Assembly: GCF_009914755.1 (NCBI RefSeq)
Contig: NC_060927.1
DNA length: 64,000 nucleotides
From: the human T2T-CHM13v2.0 reference genome, Homo sapiens
Reading direction: 5' to 3' (one strand)
Part shown: positions 29,967 to 45,129 of the stretch, one piece after another
How the letters are laid out: each line of letters opens with the position of its first letter
How positions within the stretch are numbered: position 1 is the stretch's first letter
Program-made: the position numbers and the translations under genes
Notes under the pieces: model-generated
What the model was told of the DNA's origin: nothing
Database searches by the model: none
Seen by the model: the letters and a program-made list of their open reading frames with translations, nothing else

Positions 29967-32900
29967 CAACCCTTTGTTTCGTAACAATGAGGAAACATTC
30001 TGAGAAATGTGTCTATAGGTAATATTGTTAATGTGCTAACATCTAGCTTTGTGTAAGCACAAACCTGTTGCTTACACAAATCTAGGTGTTATAGCCTACT
30101 ACATACCTAGGCTATATGGTATATAGCCTATGGTTCCTAGGCTATATGGTATATAGCCTATGGTTCCTAGGCTACAAACCTGTGCAGCATGTTACTGTAC
30201 TGAATGCTGTAGGCAAATTTAATGCCATGGTAACTGTATACTAAACATTGCTAAACATAGAAATTATAGTAAAAATATAGTATAAAAGATTACAAATGAT
30301 ACACATTTATAGGCTATTAACCATGAATGGTGCTTGAAGGACTAGAAGTTTCTCTACGTGAGTCACTTAGTGAATGGTGAGTAAATTTGAAGGCCAAGGA
30401 CAGTACCGTACACTACTGTAGACTTTATGAAACTCTAAACTTAGTGTACATTAAATTTATTAAACTTTTTTATACAATAATAAGTTAACCTTAGTGGTCA
30501 CATTTTTACTTTATAAACTTAATTTTTTTAACTTTTGTTCTTCTGTAACAACAGCTGAAAACCCACACATATTGTACGGATGGATAAAAATATTTACTCT
30601 AGGTTTTATAAACACTATAAATGTAGGTTAGACTAAATTTATAAAAATATACTTTTTCTTCAATGAATTAACCTTAGCCTACTGTCACATTTTTACTTTA
30701 TAAACTTTTAAGTTATTTTAACTTTTTTACTGTAGTAGTAACACAGCTTAAAACATAGTCATATAGGACAGCTATGCAAAAATATTTTCTTTATATCTTG
30801 ATTTTATAAGCTTTTCTGTATTTTTATTTTTATGTTTTTACTTTTTAAACTTTTTTGTTAAAAACTATAGAACGACACACACATTAGCCTAGGCCTACAC
30901 AAGGTCAAAATCATTAATATCATCATCTTCCACCTCCACATCTCATCCCACTGAAAGGTCTTCAGGAGCAAAAGGAAGCATGGAGAGGTAATCTCCTCCC
31001 ACAACTTTGCCTTCTTCTGGAACGCCTCCTGAAAGGCCTGCCTGAGGCTGTTTTAAAAAGTTAACTTTTTAAAAATATATATAAGTAGGAGGATTACACT
31101 CTAATGGAAAGCAGTATAGTAAGTTCATAAACCAGTATCATAGTTGCTTACTATTATACACTCTAATGGAAAGCAGTATAGTAAATTCATAAACCAGTAT
31201 CATACTTGTTTGCTGTCTGTATTAGTCTGTTTTCATGCTGCTATAAAGAAATACTTGAGACTTGGTAATTTATAAAGGAAAGAGGTTTAATTGACTTAGA
31301 GTTCCAAAAGACTGGAGAGGCAACAGGAAACTTATAATCATGGTGGAAGTGGAAGCAGTCACAACTTATATGGTGACAGGCAAGACAGCATGTGTGGGAA
31401 ATGAAGAGACAAGAGCACCTTATAAAAACAGCAGATCTCATGAGAACTCACTTGCTATCATGAGAACAGCATGGGGGAAACTGCCCCCTTGATCCAATCA
31501 CCACTCACCCGGTCTCTCCTTCAATACCTGGGGATTACAATTCAAGATGAGATTTTGGCGGGGACATAAATCCTAACTATATGAATCTGCCCTGATCCCT
31601 CCCAAATCTCATCTCCTCACATTTGAAAACCAACCATGCCTTCTCAACCATTCCCCAAAGTCTTAACTCATTTCAGCATTAATTCAAAAGTCCATAGTCC
31701 AAAGTCTCATCTGAGACAAGGCAAGTCCCTTCTCCTAGGAGCCAATAAAATCAAAAGCAACTTAGCTAATTCCAAGATACAATAATGGCTGAGACATTGG
31801 ATAAATGCTCCCATTTCAAATGGGAGAAATTGGACAAAACAAAAAGGCTACAGGCCCCATGAAAGCCTGAAATCCAGCAGGGCAGTCAAATCTTAAAGCT
31901 CCAAAATAATCGCCTTGACTCCATGTCTCACATCCAGACACACTGATGCAAGAGTTTGGCTCCCATGGTCTTGAACAGCTACAACCCCATGGCTTTGCAG
32001 AGTACAGCCCCCCTCCTGGCTGTTTACCTGGGCTGGCATTGAGTCTCTGTGGTTTTTTTCAAGAGCACAGGGAAAGATGTTGGTGGATCTACAATTCTGG
32101 AGCACTGTGGCCCTCTTCTCACAGCTCCACTAGGCGGTGCTCCAATGGGGACTCTATGTGGGAGCTTCAATCCCACATTTCCCCTTTGCATTCCCCTAGG
32201 AGAGGTTCTTCATGAAGTCTTCATCTCTGCAGCAAACATCTGCCTGGACATCCAGATGTTTCCACACATCCTATGAAATCCAGGCCAAGGTTCACAAATT
32301 TCAGTTATTTACTTCTGTGCACCTGCAGATGTAACACCACATGGAAGCTGCCAAATCATGGGGTTTGCAACCTCTGAAGCGATGGCCTGAGCTGTACATT
32401 GGCTCCTTTTAGACATGGTTGGGATGCAGGGCACCAAGTCCTAAGGCTGCACAGAGCAACAGTGGGCCCCTGGGCCCTGCATGCAAAACAATTTTTTCCT
32501 CCTAGTTCTTTGGGTCTGTGATGGGAGGGGCTGTTGTGAAGGTCTGCAACATGCCCTAGAGATTTTTTTCCCCATTGTCTTTCGGCTCTTTGTTACTTAT
32601 GCAAATTTCTGCAGCTAGCTTGAATTCCTCCTCAGAAAATGGGTTTTTCTTTGCTACTGCATTGACAGGCTGCAAATTATTCAAACTTTTATGTTCCCTT
32701 TCCTTTTAAACATAAGTTTCAATTTCACATCATCTCTCTCAAGTTCAAAGTTCAACAGATCTCTAGGACAGGGCAAAATGCTGCCAGCCTTTGTGCTAAA
32801 GCATAGCCTGAGTGATGTTTACTCCAGTTCCCAATAAGTTCCTCGTCTCCATCCGAGACCACCTCAGCCTGTACTCCAGTGTTCAAATCACTATCAGCAT

Positions 32901-33672
32901 TTGGGTCAAAACCATTCAACAAGTCTCTAGGATGCTCCAGTCTTTCCCACATATTCCTGTCTTCTGAGCCCTCCAAACTGTTGCACCTCTGCTTGTTACC
33001 CAGGTCCAAAGTTACTTCCACATTTTCAAGTATCTTTATAGCAGTGCCCCACTCTCTGCAGTACCAACTTACTTAGTCTGTTTTCACATTGCTATAAAGA
33101 AATACCCAAGACTGGGTAATTATAAAGGAAAGATTTTTAATTGACTCACAGTTTCACGTGGCTGGGGAGGCCTCAGCCTTACAATTATGGTGGAAGTGGA
33201 AACAGGCACGGCTTACATGGCAGCAGGCAAGAGATAGTGTGGCAGGCATAGAGGAAAGAGCCCCTTATAAAACCATTAGATCTCATAACTCACTCACTAT
33301 CGCAAGAACAGCATGGGAGCAACTGCCCCATGATCCAATCACCTCCTACCACATCTCTCCCTCCACACCTGGGGATTATTCAAGATGAGATTTGGGTGGG
33401 GACACAGAGCCCCAACATGTCACTATCGTTATCAATTACTATGTATTCTACATAATTGTATATGCTATCATTTTATATGAATGGCAGTGCAATGAGTTTG
33501 TTTGCACAAGGATCACCACAAACATGTGAGTAACACATTTTGTTATGACATTGGGATGACTATAATGTCACTAGGCTACAATAATTTTTTTGGCTTCATT
33601 ATAATCTTATAGGATCACCAATGTATATGCAATCAGTTGTTGACCAAAATGTTGTTATGTGCCACAGCAGTT
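29967..33672. mobile_element. Tigger3/Tigger3b (Golem; TcMar) DNA transposon split by a THE1 provirus
   Basis: acattctgagaaatg...tagcctactaca.acctaggctatatggt...ggctacaaacctgt.cagcatgttactgtactgaat; resumes at 33423 and ends gttgaccaaaatgttgttatg. Confidence 0.9.
31218..33422 (-). mobile_element. THE1D/MSTA-like MaLR provirus: LTR (31218-31583), internal region, LTR (about 33072-33422)
   Basis: Two homologous LTRs (tagtctgttttca...gctataaagaaata...gagatttgggtggggacaca); MaLR-int ORF remnants (MWERLEHPRDLLNGFD); TSD ctgtc/ctatc. Confidence 0.92.
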
Positions 33673-35715
33673 GAAATTAACTCAGGAAATGTTTACTTTG
33701 ACTTTAAAGGGAGGTATTTTGAAAGCAGTGATAGGACAGTAGAATCTTGTCCAAAAACTGAGAAAGTACTTAATTTTGGAAATTGTTCAATTTATGTCAC
33801 AATTCACAATTTTACATGTAAGTGGTTTACCATAATAAAATAACCTAGTATGTGACTAGTCAGTAAATGGTAATTACTTCTTTTAACTCCCTTAAATACA
33901 TTACTAGTCATTCCAGAAATGACACAACTTTTCAAAACAACTTAGAAGCCTTAAGTGAAACAATGGCACGACTTTATTTTGGGATGAATAGCCTTTTGGG
34001 GAGCTAGTGTTGAAACTCTCATGACTATTTACAATATAGTTTTTGATTTGTGGGGGAAGGAAATGTTTCAGTCTTGGCATAATGGTTGCTGTATAGCACT
34101 GAATGAATTTTTGTTAAATGTGTCAATTAATAAGTACAAATTTATAATTTAAAAATGACTTTTTGGAGCACAATTCAAAAATTATCTCACTTTGATATGA
34201 AATTAATTTTGTCTACAGAATATTTATTTGACCCAGTCAAAGGAATTTAAATAATCAGTAATAATAATCTTATAGAAGGCTTTATCAACTGTTTTGTCTT
34301 TTTGTCTTTGAAGGAAAATTTTGGATTATAATGATGAAAATTAGACCCCAAGTAGATCTCTGTAGTATGATGAGCTTCATTTTGCCATATGGTCAACACT
34401 TAGCCTGAAGACAGGTGATACTTGAATTTGACAAAATTTGAAGATGAAAGGAATTGTGCAGTCATCAAGAGTATTTGAGGACAAAATAAATTATATCTAA
34501 TTTGTTTCTTTTGAATTTTTAATTTGAAATATACATTTTATACATCAAAGAGATTCAATATTCTTTTTCTAAAGTAAAGTATTTTCATTTCATTAATTAA
34601 ATAACATTTTAGAATTCTTATTTGAAACCTGGACATCATGTTTTATATTTTATGCTTTCTTTTTTCCCATCTGTACCTACAGTGTGTGACTAAACATGCA
34701 TTCATTATCACATAACTTATACCAGGGAAAGGTCATAATGAAGGTGTCTCAGCATTGCCGTATGGTTAAATTGACCCCATTGTCATTCCATGCTCATAAG
34801 TGTCCAATAAATTGCCATATTTAGAAATATGTAGAGAAAGAGTACTCAATTGTGTTGGCATCTTCACAGCTGCTCTACTTCTTTTTGGCAGATTCACTGC
34901 CTCTTCGCCAAGTCACAATGAGACAGATTCAAGAGCATATAATGGTATAATATCTTCATTATCTAAGAGATAGAAATATGAATAGAGTCAGTATCAAAAT
35001 ACATAACTTCAACTTTACATTTTATATCTAAAGATTATATAAATAAAAGTCAAAACCAAACAAAACATATCTTCTCTCAAATATATGCATGTTCCAAAAG
35101 TGGAAAAGCTTCAGCTTATTAATTGTCAATTCCAACTCCCACTTACAGAACAAATATATTGAGCCATTAATCCTTTTACCAACAACTAATATTCCCACTG
35201 TGCTAAAGATTTAATTTTTAAAGCAGTGGAGAGAACAGAATTTAGCACTGGCAGCTACTGGTATTTTTCAGAGGCCATACAGAGGGGTTTTATTATTTAT
35301 CTTATAGTTTTTAACCTGCATCCCACAAGGACATGTTTCTTCAGTCTTATAAGAGTGTGATATAAAATGAATTTCTATTATGATAATCTACTGAGGAATA
35401 TTGTTCTCTTAAACAAATGAGCTTGCATTAATTCTGAATTTCTATTCTGCATATTTTCTTGCAGCAGGCCCTGCTATTTTACTCTCTGGTAGGTCAGAAG
35501 AGCCACATGAGTTTTACCAAAACTCTCTCAATAAGTTCAGACAGAGTGGCTCACAGACTAGAATTCACTAGTCTATATTCAGGAACTAAAATAAAACAAT
35601 CAGCTTCATTAGTAAAATTCACAGTAGTAAAGTAAGTTCAAGCTTAAATTTTTCTTCATTTAGTAACTTTTAATTGAGCTTTGTACTTGACTCAGATTAG
35701 GATGGTTTTTATGTC

Positions 35716-35726
35716 TGTGTGTGTCT

Positions 35727-35762
<36 letters not shown>
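35716..35762. repeat. (TG)n microsatellite
   Basis: Directly visible. Confidence 0.95.
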
Positions 35763-35764
<2 letters not shown>

Positions 35765-35767
35765 TCT

Positions 35768-35911
35768 ACAGCAGTGTTATGTAAACTTTAATATTCACAC
35801 TAATCACATAAAAATCTTACTTAAAATACAGACTTAGATTCAGAGTTGCTGCATTTCATACAAGCTCCCTATCTGTTCCACCGATCTCTCTTTGTGTATA
35901 AAGGTCTTAGA
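35768..35911. mobile_element. MER5A-like fragment
   Basis: cagcagtgtt.tgtaaacttta...taatcac...aaaatacagact...gattcag...tgcatttc.tacaagctccc. Confidence 0.6.
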
Positions 35912-35914
35912 AGC

Positions 35915-36960
<1,046 letters not shown>

Positions 36961-37127
36961 ATTGTATATCAAAATTTTTGTTCTTATAAAAATACAGCTA
37001 TGACTATTGATACATTCAGTAATTATTTTCACCTCCGTTATGTAAAAGTTAATAGATAGTAATTATCAATTCACATAATACAGATCTGGCTGTCTTTTGT
37101 GTTTTTAAAACTATGCTTATCAAAATG

Positions 37128-37726
37128 CTTTATTTTTTTTCTTTATTTCTTCCAAAAAAAATGGGATACAAGTTGCAGAATGTGCAGGCTTGATATACAG
37201 GTATATGCATGCCACAGTGGTTTACTGCACCTAATGACATGACCTCTAAGTTTTCTCCCCTCACCTTGCCCCCAACAGGCCCTGGTGTGTGTTGCTCCCC
37301 TCTCTGTGTCCGTGTGTTCTCAATGTTCAACTCCCACTTATGAGTGAGAACATATGGTGTTTGGTTTTTTGTTCTTGTGTTAGTTTGCTGAGAATGATGG
37401 CTTGCAGCTTCATCCATGTCCCTGAAAAGGAAATGATATCATTCCTTTTTATGGCTGCCTAGTATTCCATGGTGTATATGTAGCACATTTTCTTTATCCA
37501 GTCTGTCATTGATGGGCATTTGGGTTGGTTCCATGTCTTTGCTATTGTGAATAGTGCTGCAATAAACATGCGTGTGCAGGTGTGTTTATAGTAGAATGAT
37601 ATATATTCCTCTGGCTATATACCAAGTAATGGGATTGCTGGGTCAAATGGTATTTCTCGTTCTAGATCCTTGAGGAATTGCCATTCTGTCTTCCACAATG
37701 GTTGAACTAATATACATTCCTACCAA
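37128..37726 (-). mobile_element. L1PA12-like 3' fragment
   Basis: Terminus ctttatttcttccaaaaaaaatgggataca and cctctaagtt.tctcccctc...caacaggccctggtgtgtg. Confidence 0.85.
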
Positions 37727-39019
37727 TGTCTAGTGTACAAAAATAGAAATGATTTTCATAGGCTTCAGAATTTTAAAGAACATTTCCTTCAATGTGATAA
37801 TTGGAAAAGAGAATATTAAAAACTTGTTTTGGTTTTATATGTTACTTGTCAATCATTTTTTCCTGCTCCTGTCATAGTTTTATTTCCAATAAAAATGAAG
37901 AACTTTCTGATATAATTGGACAGTTTCAAATTTTACTGGACTCTATGACTACATGTTCAGCAGTAAGAGTGAAAACATTTTCTGAAAGTTGACATATATA
38001 TTTGTAGGCATATAGATGATAAGAGAGTTTACAATTTTTGTAGATAATAACTAAGATTAAAATATGAAATACAATTTAAAGTGAGAACACTACTATGTAC
38101 TGCTATTTTGTTTAAGAGGGAAAAAAACTGTATAAGCCTTTATTATATATTTTCTGAGCTCAGCTGTAGTTTATAGCAGTCTAAAGGGTAAAATATTTTG
38201 CACAAATAATGAGGATAAATATAAAACAGGCTTTTCAGTAGTATCCTGCAATATTTACAATAGCTAACAGCATGACCTTCAGAAACTTGAGCATGTAATA
38301 GTAATTTGTCATTTTTCTCCAAGTTCGTTGACATTGTCAAGGCATATTTAACTCAGCAGGAGAATTTAAATTTTATACTTGGTGAATTCATGAAGCATTC
38401 TTTTCACTCTGAGGTTTCAGCTAAAAACACCCTTTTCAATTCTTTCAATAAATTACCATCTATTCAATTCTCGTGGCTTCATTAGAATGCTCAGTTGCAA
38501 ATAATCAAAACACCACCTGCTTTCAAACTATGTTTATATAAAAGTTTACTTCTAATTTGTAATTTGGATAATGGCTGAAGAAATGCTTATAAATATGATC
38601 CCTGTGGGCAAGCAGAGCTAGAGAATTTGGTCAGAGTCCCGCACGGTGTAACGTATCTATTTTATCAGTGTGTTGGATTTAAATTGGCTGTGTTATATTA
38701 ACTACTATTAGCACTGGGGAAAATAATTAAAAAATTAAAACAAAGTGAAATAATGGCATTTGAAAACTAATAACTCACAGAAAAACAAAACTATCTCTTT
38801 AGTAGGAACTGTGTGCTCCTATAAGTTTTACCCTTAACTCCACTTGCATGTATCACATACTCTCAAACTAGATACGCACTGTATTGTATGATAATTTTTC
38901 TCTACCTACCAACCCCAGCCTTAAACAAGATCTCAACATTCCTGTGAATTATAATGCAGTCTTCTAACTCATGCACATCATGGCTTCTGAAAACATCTTT
39001 TATTATGTCCTTTTCTTAA

Positions 39020-39575
<556 letters not shown>

Positions 39576-39649
39576 ACTCTCTTATATTTAAACTTTTCGA
39601 ATATGTGTTCAAGTGGTATCTTGTTCTATTCCAGTATGATTCTTGGGCT

Positions 39650-40165
39650 CACTTTCTTTTTCTATTTGCTCTTCATGTACTTGGATCCAGAGTCCTAACA
39701 GTTTGCACTTAGTTTGCTTCTGTGGCTGCTGCAAGATAGCCTCTCTACTTCCACCCTTGTCTATTCTTTCTTTCTGCTTTTCACTGCCAGCTATAATTTT
39801 TCTGGTCAAAAAATTCATGTGCTTACTTCAGTGATGTAAGGTGTAAAATTTGATGTTTTACTTGCAAGGCCTTCCTTACTTTTGCTATAACTCTTAAAAT
39901 ATATTTCTCATTTTATTTCTGTTAGGTGTTAGATATCTCATACTATTTTTTCTTGCCCTCAGCTTGCTATGTAAGCTACCTGACTAGTGTGGATTTTGTA
40001 TTTTACTTCAACTTTGAATTATCTCCTGTCGATTTTATTTTTGTCTATACAAGTCCCGTCCATTACACAAAACACAAATTAGATTCTGTCATTTACAAAG
40101 ATATGATTTTACCTATCATATTCAACTTTCCTATTTAGAAACTTTGGCCCATATAGTGAGTGCCA
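39650..40165 (+). mobile_element. L2 relic
   Basis: gcaagatagcctc...cttccaccctt...ctgccagct; tgcaaggccttc; ggcccatatagtgagtgc. Confidence 0.45.
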
Positions 40166-40190
40166 TACATTTTTCCAAAATTATCAATAG

Positions 40191-41030
40191 CCCTTTTTTT
40201 GTGGCATCTTATACGCAATCAGTTACTTCAAGGTGAGGCTGAATATGTCCTTTACATCTACTGGCTGCCAGAATCTCATTGAAGTGGATGATGAATGTGA
40301 ATTTAGTACTTTTTTTTGAAAAGCATATGGCCATAGAAATCACGACTAAGGCTCTGGGTAAAGAATGGAAGGGTTATGTGGTCCAGATCAATGGTGGTAA
40401 TGACAAATAAGATTTCCTCATGAAGCAGGATGACTTGAACCATGGCTGGGTCCTCTTGCTACTGAATAAGTGGAATTCTTGTTATAGACCCAGGGCAACT
40501 AGAAAAAAGAATGTGAAAATGTTTTGAGTTTCATTTGGATGCCAATCTGTATGGACTCAACTTCGTTATAAAAATAATTGTGAGAAAAAAATACAGTAGA
40601 GAAAGACATTTGTCGACTGACTGACACCACAGTGCCTGATCACCTGGGGCCCAAAAGAGCTAGGAAAATCACTAACCATTTAATTATCTTTAAAGAGGTA
40701 ATATCTACCAATATGTTGTAAGAAAGCCCTTAAACAAATAAGGTAAGAAACCCAGGATCAAAGCACCCAAGGTTCAGCATCTTGTTACTCCGCATGTCCT
40801 GCAACACAAACTCTGGTGTATTGTTCTGAAAAAAACTGTGTATCAAGAAAACTAAGGAAGAGTCCACAGAATATGCTAAACTTTTAGCCCAGAGAATGAA
40901 GAAAGACAAAAACAGATCACCAGAAACAGATTGCCAAGACACATGGACTGTCATCTGAGACCTTCTACTTCTTAGTTCAGACAAAAATAAGTTTTTTTTT
41001 AAGTAACAACTAAATAAGATCAAACCTCAG
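40191..41030 (+). pseudogene. RPS6: Processed pseudogene of ribosomal protein S6 (RPS6P-type)
   Basis: Intronless, collinear with RPS6 mRNA from the 5' pyrimidine tract through [52 protein letters not shown] to taa (40988-40990) and 3' UTR aataagatcaaac. Start mutated to GTG (40233), premature TAA at 40408-40410, frameshifts; degenerate TSD aaaattatcaatag / aaaattagctattg. Confidence 0.96.
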
Positions 41031-41039
41031 AAAAATTAG

Positions 41040-41230
41040 CTATTGTTTATTAAGTGTTTAACATGTGTCAAGAATCCTGATAACTATACAGTTTTTGAAT
41101 CCTCACAATACCCCAATGAATTACCAATTATCACTAACCTTACCTAAGAACAAGAGGAGGAGGAAAAAAAAATTGAGAAAGAGTAGCTCTCTCAATGTTG
41201 CATAGATACTAAATAATAAATTTGTTATAA
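41040..41230 (-). mobile_element. MIR relic
   Basis: tttattaagtgtttaacatgtgtcaag...tttgaatcctcacaataccccaatga. Confidence 0.55.
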
Positions 41231-43774
41231 TATCTAGAATTTTATTTATTTGATTTATGGTTCAAAGAAAAATTATCTTTACCTCTCTGCACTGAGTAGA
41301 AATGTTTTAGAAACCTTAGGATTCATAATCTTCATAGCTCTTAACCAGTGTTTACAAGGCAGTCCACGTGGTCACAGAAAAGATAGTTATTCATAAAAGA
41401 AATGGAAGATAGTCACATTTTTATCATTTTAAGGGTATTAGTTATGAGGGTTTATGAAAACAATTTTATAATAAAAGTTTATTTTGAGAAAAAAATTACA
41501 CCTGTTTACAGAAAATTAAATTTATGCTAATACTGACAAACAGTGCCTATGGTTAAATCTTGTATGACTTTGGAATTCATCAGAATATGACCAATAAGTT
41601 CATTGATTTGCGTATTTATTAATCCAGTCCTTCTCTCTTTAATGGGTAATGAGGTGAGGATAGTATTTGGCTTAGGAATAAAACCAAGAAAAATTTAATT
41701 CACATGGCTAGCATTGTATTTTTTAATTCACCAAGATCATTTCTGTCTTAAACTACCTGAAATAATTTTGTTTCAGTTTGTGACCCCAGTTACATTAAAA
41801 TGAAATCCTCAATGTCTGTCATGTAAGACAGGGTTTGGCGCACGTTGGCACACAGACCCATGATATAATAGAACGCCTATATAGGGCAAGTAGCAAGGAA
41901 AAATTGTCTTTGTCATATTTCCTCCTTGGAGTAACAGAAAAAGCATCCTAAAATTTGTAAGAAAGAAAATAAAAATGAGAACTTTGGTGTCTCCAAACTT
42001 TTAATGTCTTAAATAGATTCAAAATTTAATGTGCCATCAACTTAGATTTTTACACTTCTTTGGGAGATTTTCTGGTTCAAATGTAACCAAAGAGAATGAG
42101 GCCAACCAGATTTTGTTCAAAAAATATTGCATGCGGCAGAACTGAAAAAGTCACTTGATGTTCAACAGTAATTAGTTATTTTATTTCAAAATGTGCCCTC
42201 TAAGGCTTTTAGTATTGATGATGAGAGACTGTCTGACACTAAGTAAAGTCAACAATGTAGCTGGAAAGAAGGAAAACTTTCTACACTTATAATATTTTAA
42301 GTTAATTATGAGAAAGATTGAGTTGCACAACCAAGTAATACAGAAAAAAAGAACTATGTATATATTTGTCCTCCGTTCTTAAGTGTTTGTTTTGTTTTAT
42401 GCAAATATTTCAAAAATTACAACGTTAAAGAACATTGGCTATGTAGTAAGACTGTTCTGTAAGTACAGTCTTATGTACTTAGTACAAATACTGTTCAATA
42501 TTGAATTTGTAGGTTTCCCAAGAAAAACAAGCCTCATTAAATTATGTTTCTGAAAATTTAGTAAATTTTTGGTACAATATGCTTATATTTCTATAATAAA
42601 AGCATTTTGTTTGAAAATTATAAATGATTATAGAGACTTCTCAAAAAAATATACAGGGTAGTTTGATTTTGTAGCTACAACAGAAAGAAACCAACAAATC
42701 TAACAGAGAAACAAAACTGATCCACTATTTCTGTTGCTGGACTCTAAATCTATCACGAGGTTTATTATGCATTTGCCTTCTTGAATTAGCTTTTTAACCT
42801 CAAATTTTAATACCCTGGTTTACAGTACTATACTGAATTTTTAGTTTCTACACACATTGTATTTCTATGCAATTCTTTTTGTAATCCATTAAAATTTAGC
42901 TTTGGATAGAGTGTTATGCATGATAATACCTTTGTCATGCATAAGTGTCTTTACTTTTGTCATCTCACATATAAAACAGGCAAAGAGTATGAAGCAGCAG
43001 AAGAGGTCTAAAGGGAGATCTTGGTGTGTTTACTTCCCTACTATGGTTAAAGTAGCATCGGAGAACTTCTTAATATTTCTACTATTTTATCAAATTACAT
43101 TATTCAAACATAAAATCATGCTCTGTTTAAATTAATTTGATTTAATCAAATAATAAGTTGAATTATATAAAATTACCTATATTTGGTCTACCTAACTGAA
43201 AGTTTATGTTATACTTAATATTTATGTATCTGATTTGTTTAACTTTGGTCCATAAACTTCTTCTTAAAAGATTAAGGTTAATTCTAAAATCTAAATCCAA
43301 AATAGCTACTTGCAATGTCAATGTTAATATGATTTACAGATAAACCATTCATAATCATGAATATGTGTGAAATAGGAAACCCAAAGCATATTTTATGAGT
43401 TTTCTTTCTACTTTGATCATTATCAAAATAAAATATTCAATAAGCTAATATTTAAAGCCTCTACTACAATTAGTACAAGTCTAAATTATCTAATGAAGGT
43501 TACAAATCAGGAATATGTTATATTGCACATCAAAAACTAGGATTAAAAAAGAGACAAAATAGATAACTAAAACAAGTAGCTATGTATTTAGGAGAAGACA
43601 ATTTACTAGGCCAATTTATGTAATATAGCCAATATAATATTTTATTAAGAAACAATGGAATAACTGATAAAAGTCAGTAGTAGAGGATTCAGTATAGAAA
43701 GGAGAACTTAAAGTGATTTATCTTAAAAAAATTAAGCTTGCTATCTTATATAGGCACAGTTCATTCTGCCTGAA

Positions 43775-44027
43775 AAACAATCGTAATGGTAACATCAAAA
43801 ATCTCTGATCAGAGATCACCATAACAGACATAATAATAATGAAAACGTTTTAAATATTATGCGAATTACCAAAATGTGACACAGAGACACTAAATGAGCA
43901 CCTGCTGTTTAAAAAATGGGGTCAAGAAGCTTTCTCCAGACACGGTTGCCAGGAACCTTCAATTGGTTAAAAATACAGTATCTGCAAGATGTAACAAAGT
44001 GAAACACAATACAATGAAGTATTCCTG
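43775..44027 (-). mobile_element. Tigger1 5'-terminal fragment with TIR
   Basis: gtaacatcaaaaatc.ctgatca.agatcaccataacaga...gaattaccaaaatgtgacacagagacac...aatgaagtattcctg is the reverse complement of the Tigger1 5' end. Confidence 0.85.
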
Positions 44028-45129
44028 TTATAACACAGTTTCATTTTCTACTGTAAGAATTAAGTGAGCTACAACATGTGTTTTCTTATTTTTCATGGCC
44101 TTATGTTCATATATGGTCAACTGTTAATGGTAGGCATACACAAAGTGGGGAACAAAAAGCAGTGTAATAAAACTTTTTTAACTGACTACATTCTGAGTAA
44201 ATATAAATTATTTATTTTAAAATAATAAGTAATAAATATCAAATAAGGGAAATTTAAGTTCTAAAATTAGACCTTGATAAATAAATTCACATGTATATAT
44301 CAGAAAGGTTACATTTGAGAAGTAATCACAGCCATGCATACCATATATTCCATACTCGGTTTTGTGTTTACTGATTTAGGGGCATTTACTTTTGAAGGCT
44401 AACACCGGCACTCTTTTATAATGTTTTCTTCTCTCCTAAAAGTAGTTTAAGCTTACTATAACATATCTAGAAAATACAGAAAATGAAATAGCCCATCAGA
44501 AGCTGGGCCATGTTTTACTTGCCTGTGTTGCCCAGGTTTTTATATCTGAATTAGTGATTTGCCTCCTTTGTTTTATTTTCCTCTAAGGCTTGCTGAGAAA
44601 TTCTAATCACTACATGCTCAATTGCATTGTCCTACTTAGGGAGATTAACACTGATAGCAAGTAGACTTAAAACTTTGTCTCAAGTTTGCTTGTACTTACT
44701 GCAAAATTCTCTTGGATTTATATTTATTTTAAACCAAACTATTTTCACTATGCAAAATCTCCATTTATCATGAATTTTTAGAAGTTCTCCTTTACATAAA
44801 GCAAATATTTTAAAAATGATATTCTGTGGGATGTTTCCTATTTTATAAACTGATGCCTTTTTTATGGTTGCTTATCACCATCAAAGTTAAAACGTAAATA
44901 AAACATTAAAATGTCTCCTACCAGTTCAGATAGAAAATTTGAGCACCCAGGCTTGTACTTTTCCATTATGAAATTTCTTGAAAATTACAGAGAGAAATAT
45001 CTCATTTTATATGTTAAATTTATATAGCACTATTCAAATCAAGGAGAATGCATAGTTGAAAGTTTGAAGAGTTTCAAAGTTTACTTAGTCTCAGAGTTTC
45101 TCCTTCAATATATTAAACAGTATGGAAAA

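Noticed and set aside
34650-34780. Polypyrimidine tract plus CAG (34682) as a splice acceptor
   Set aside because: No convincing donor or coding frame downstream; such motifs are frequent by chance
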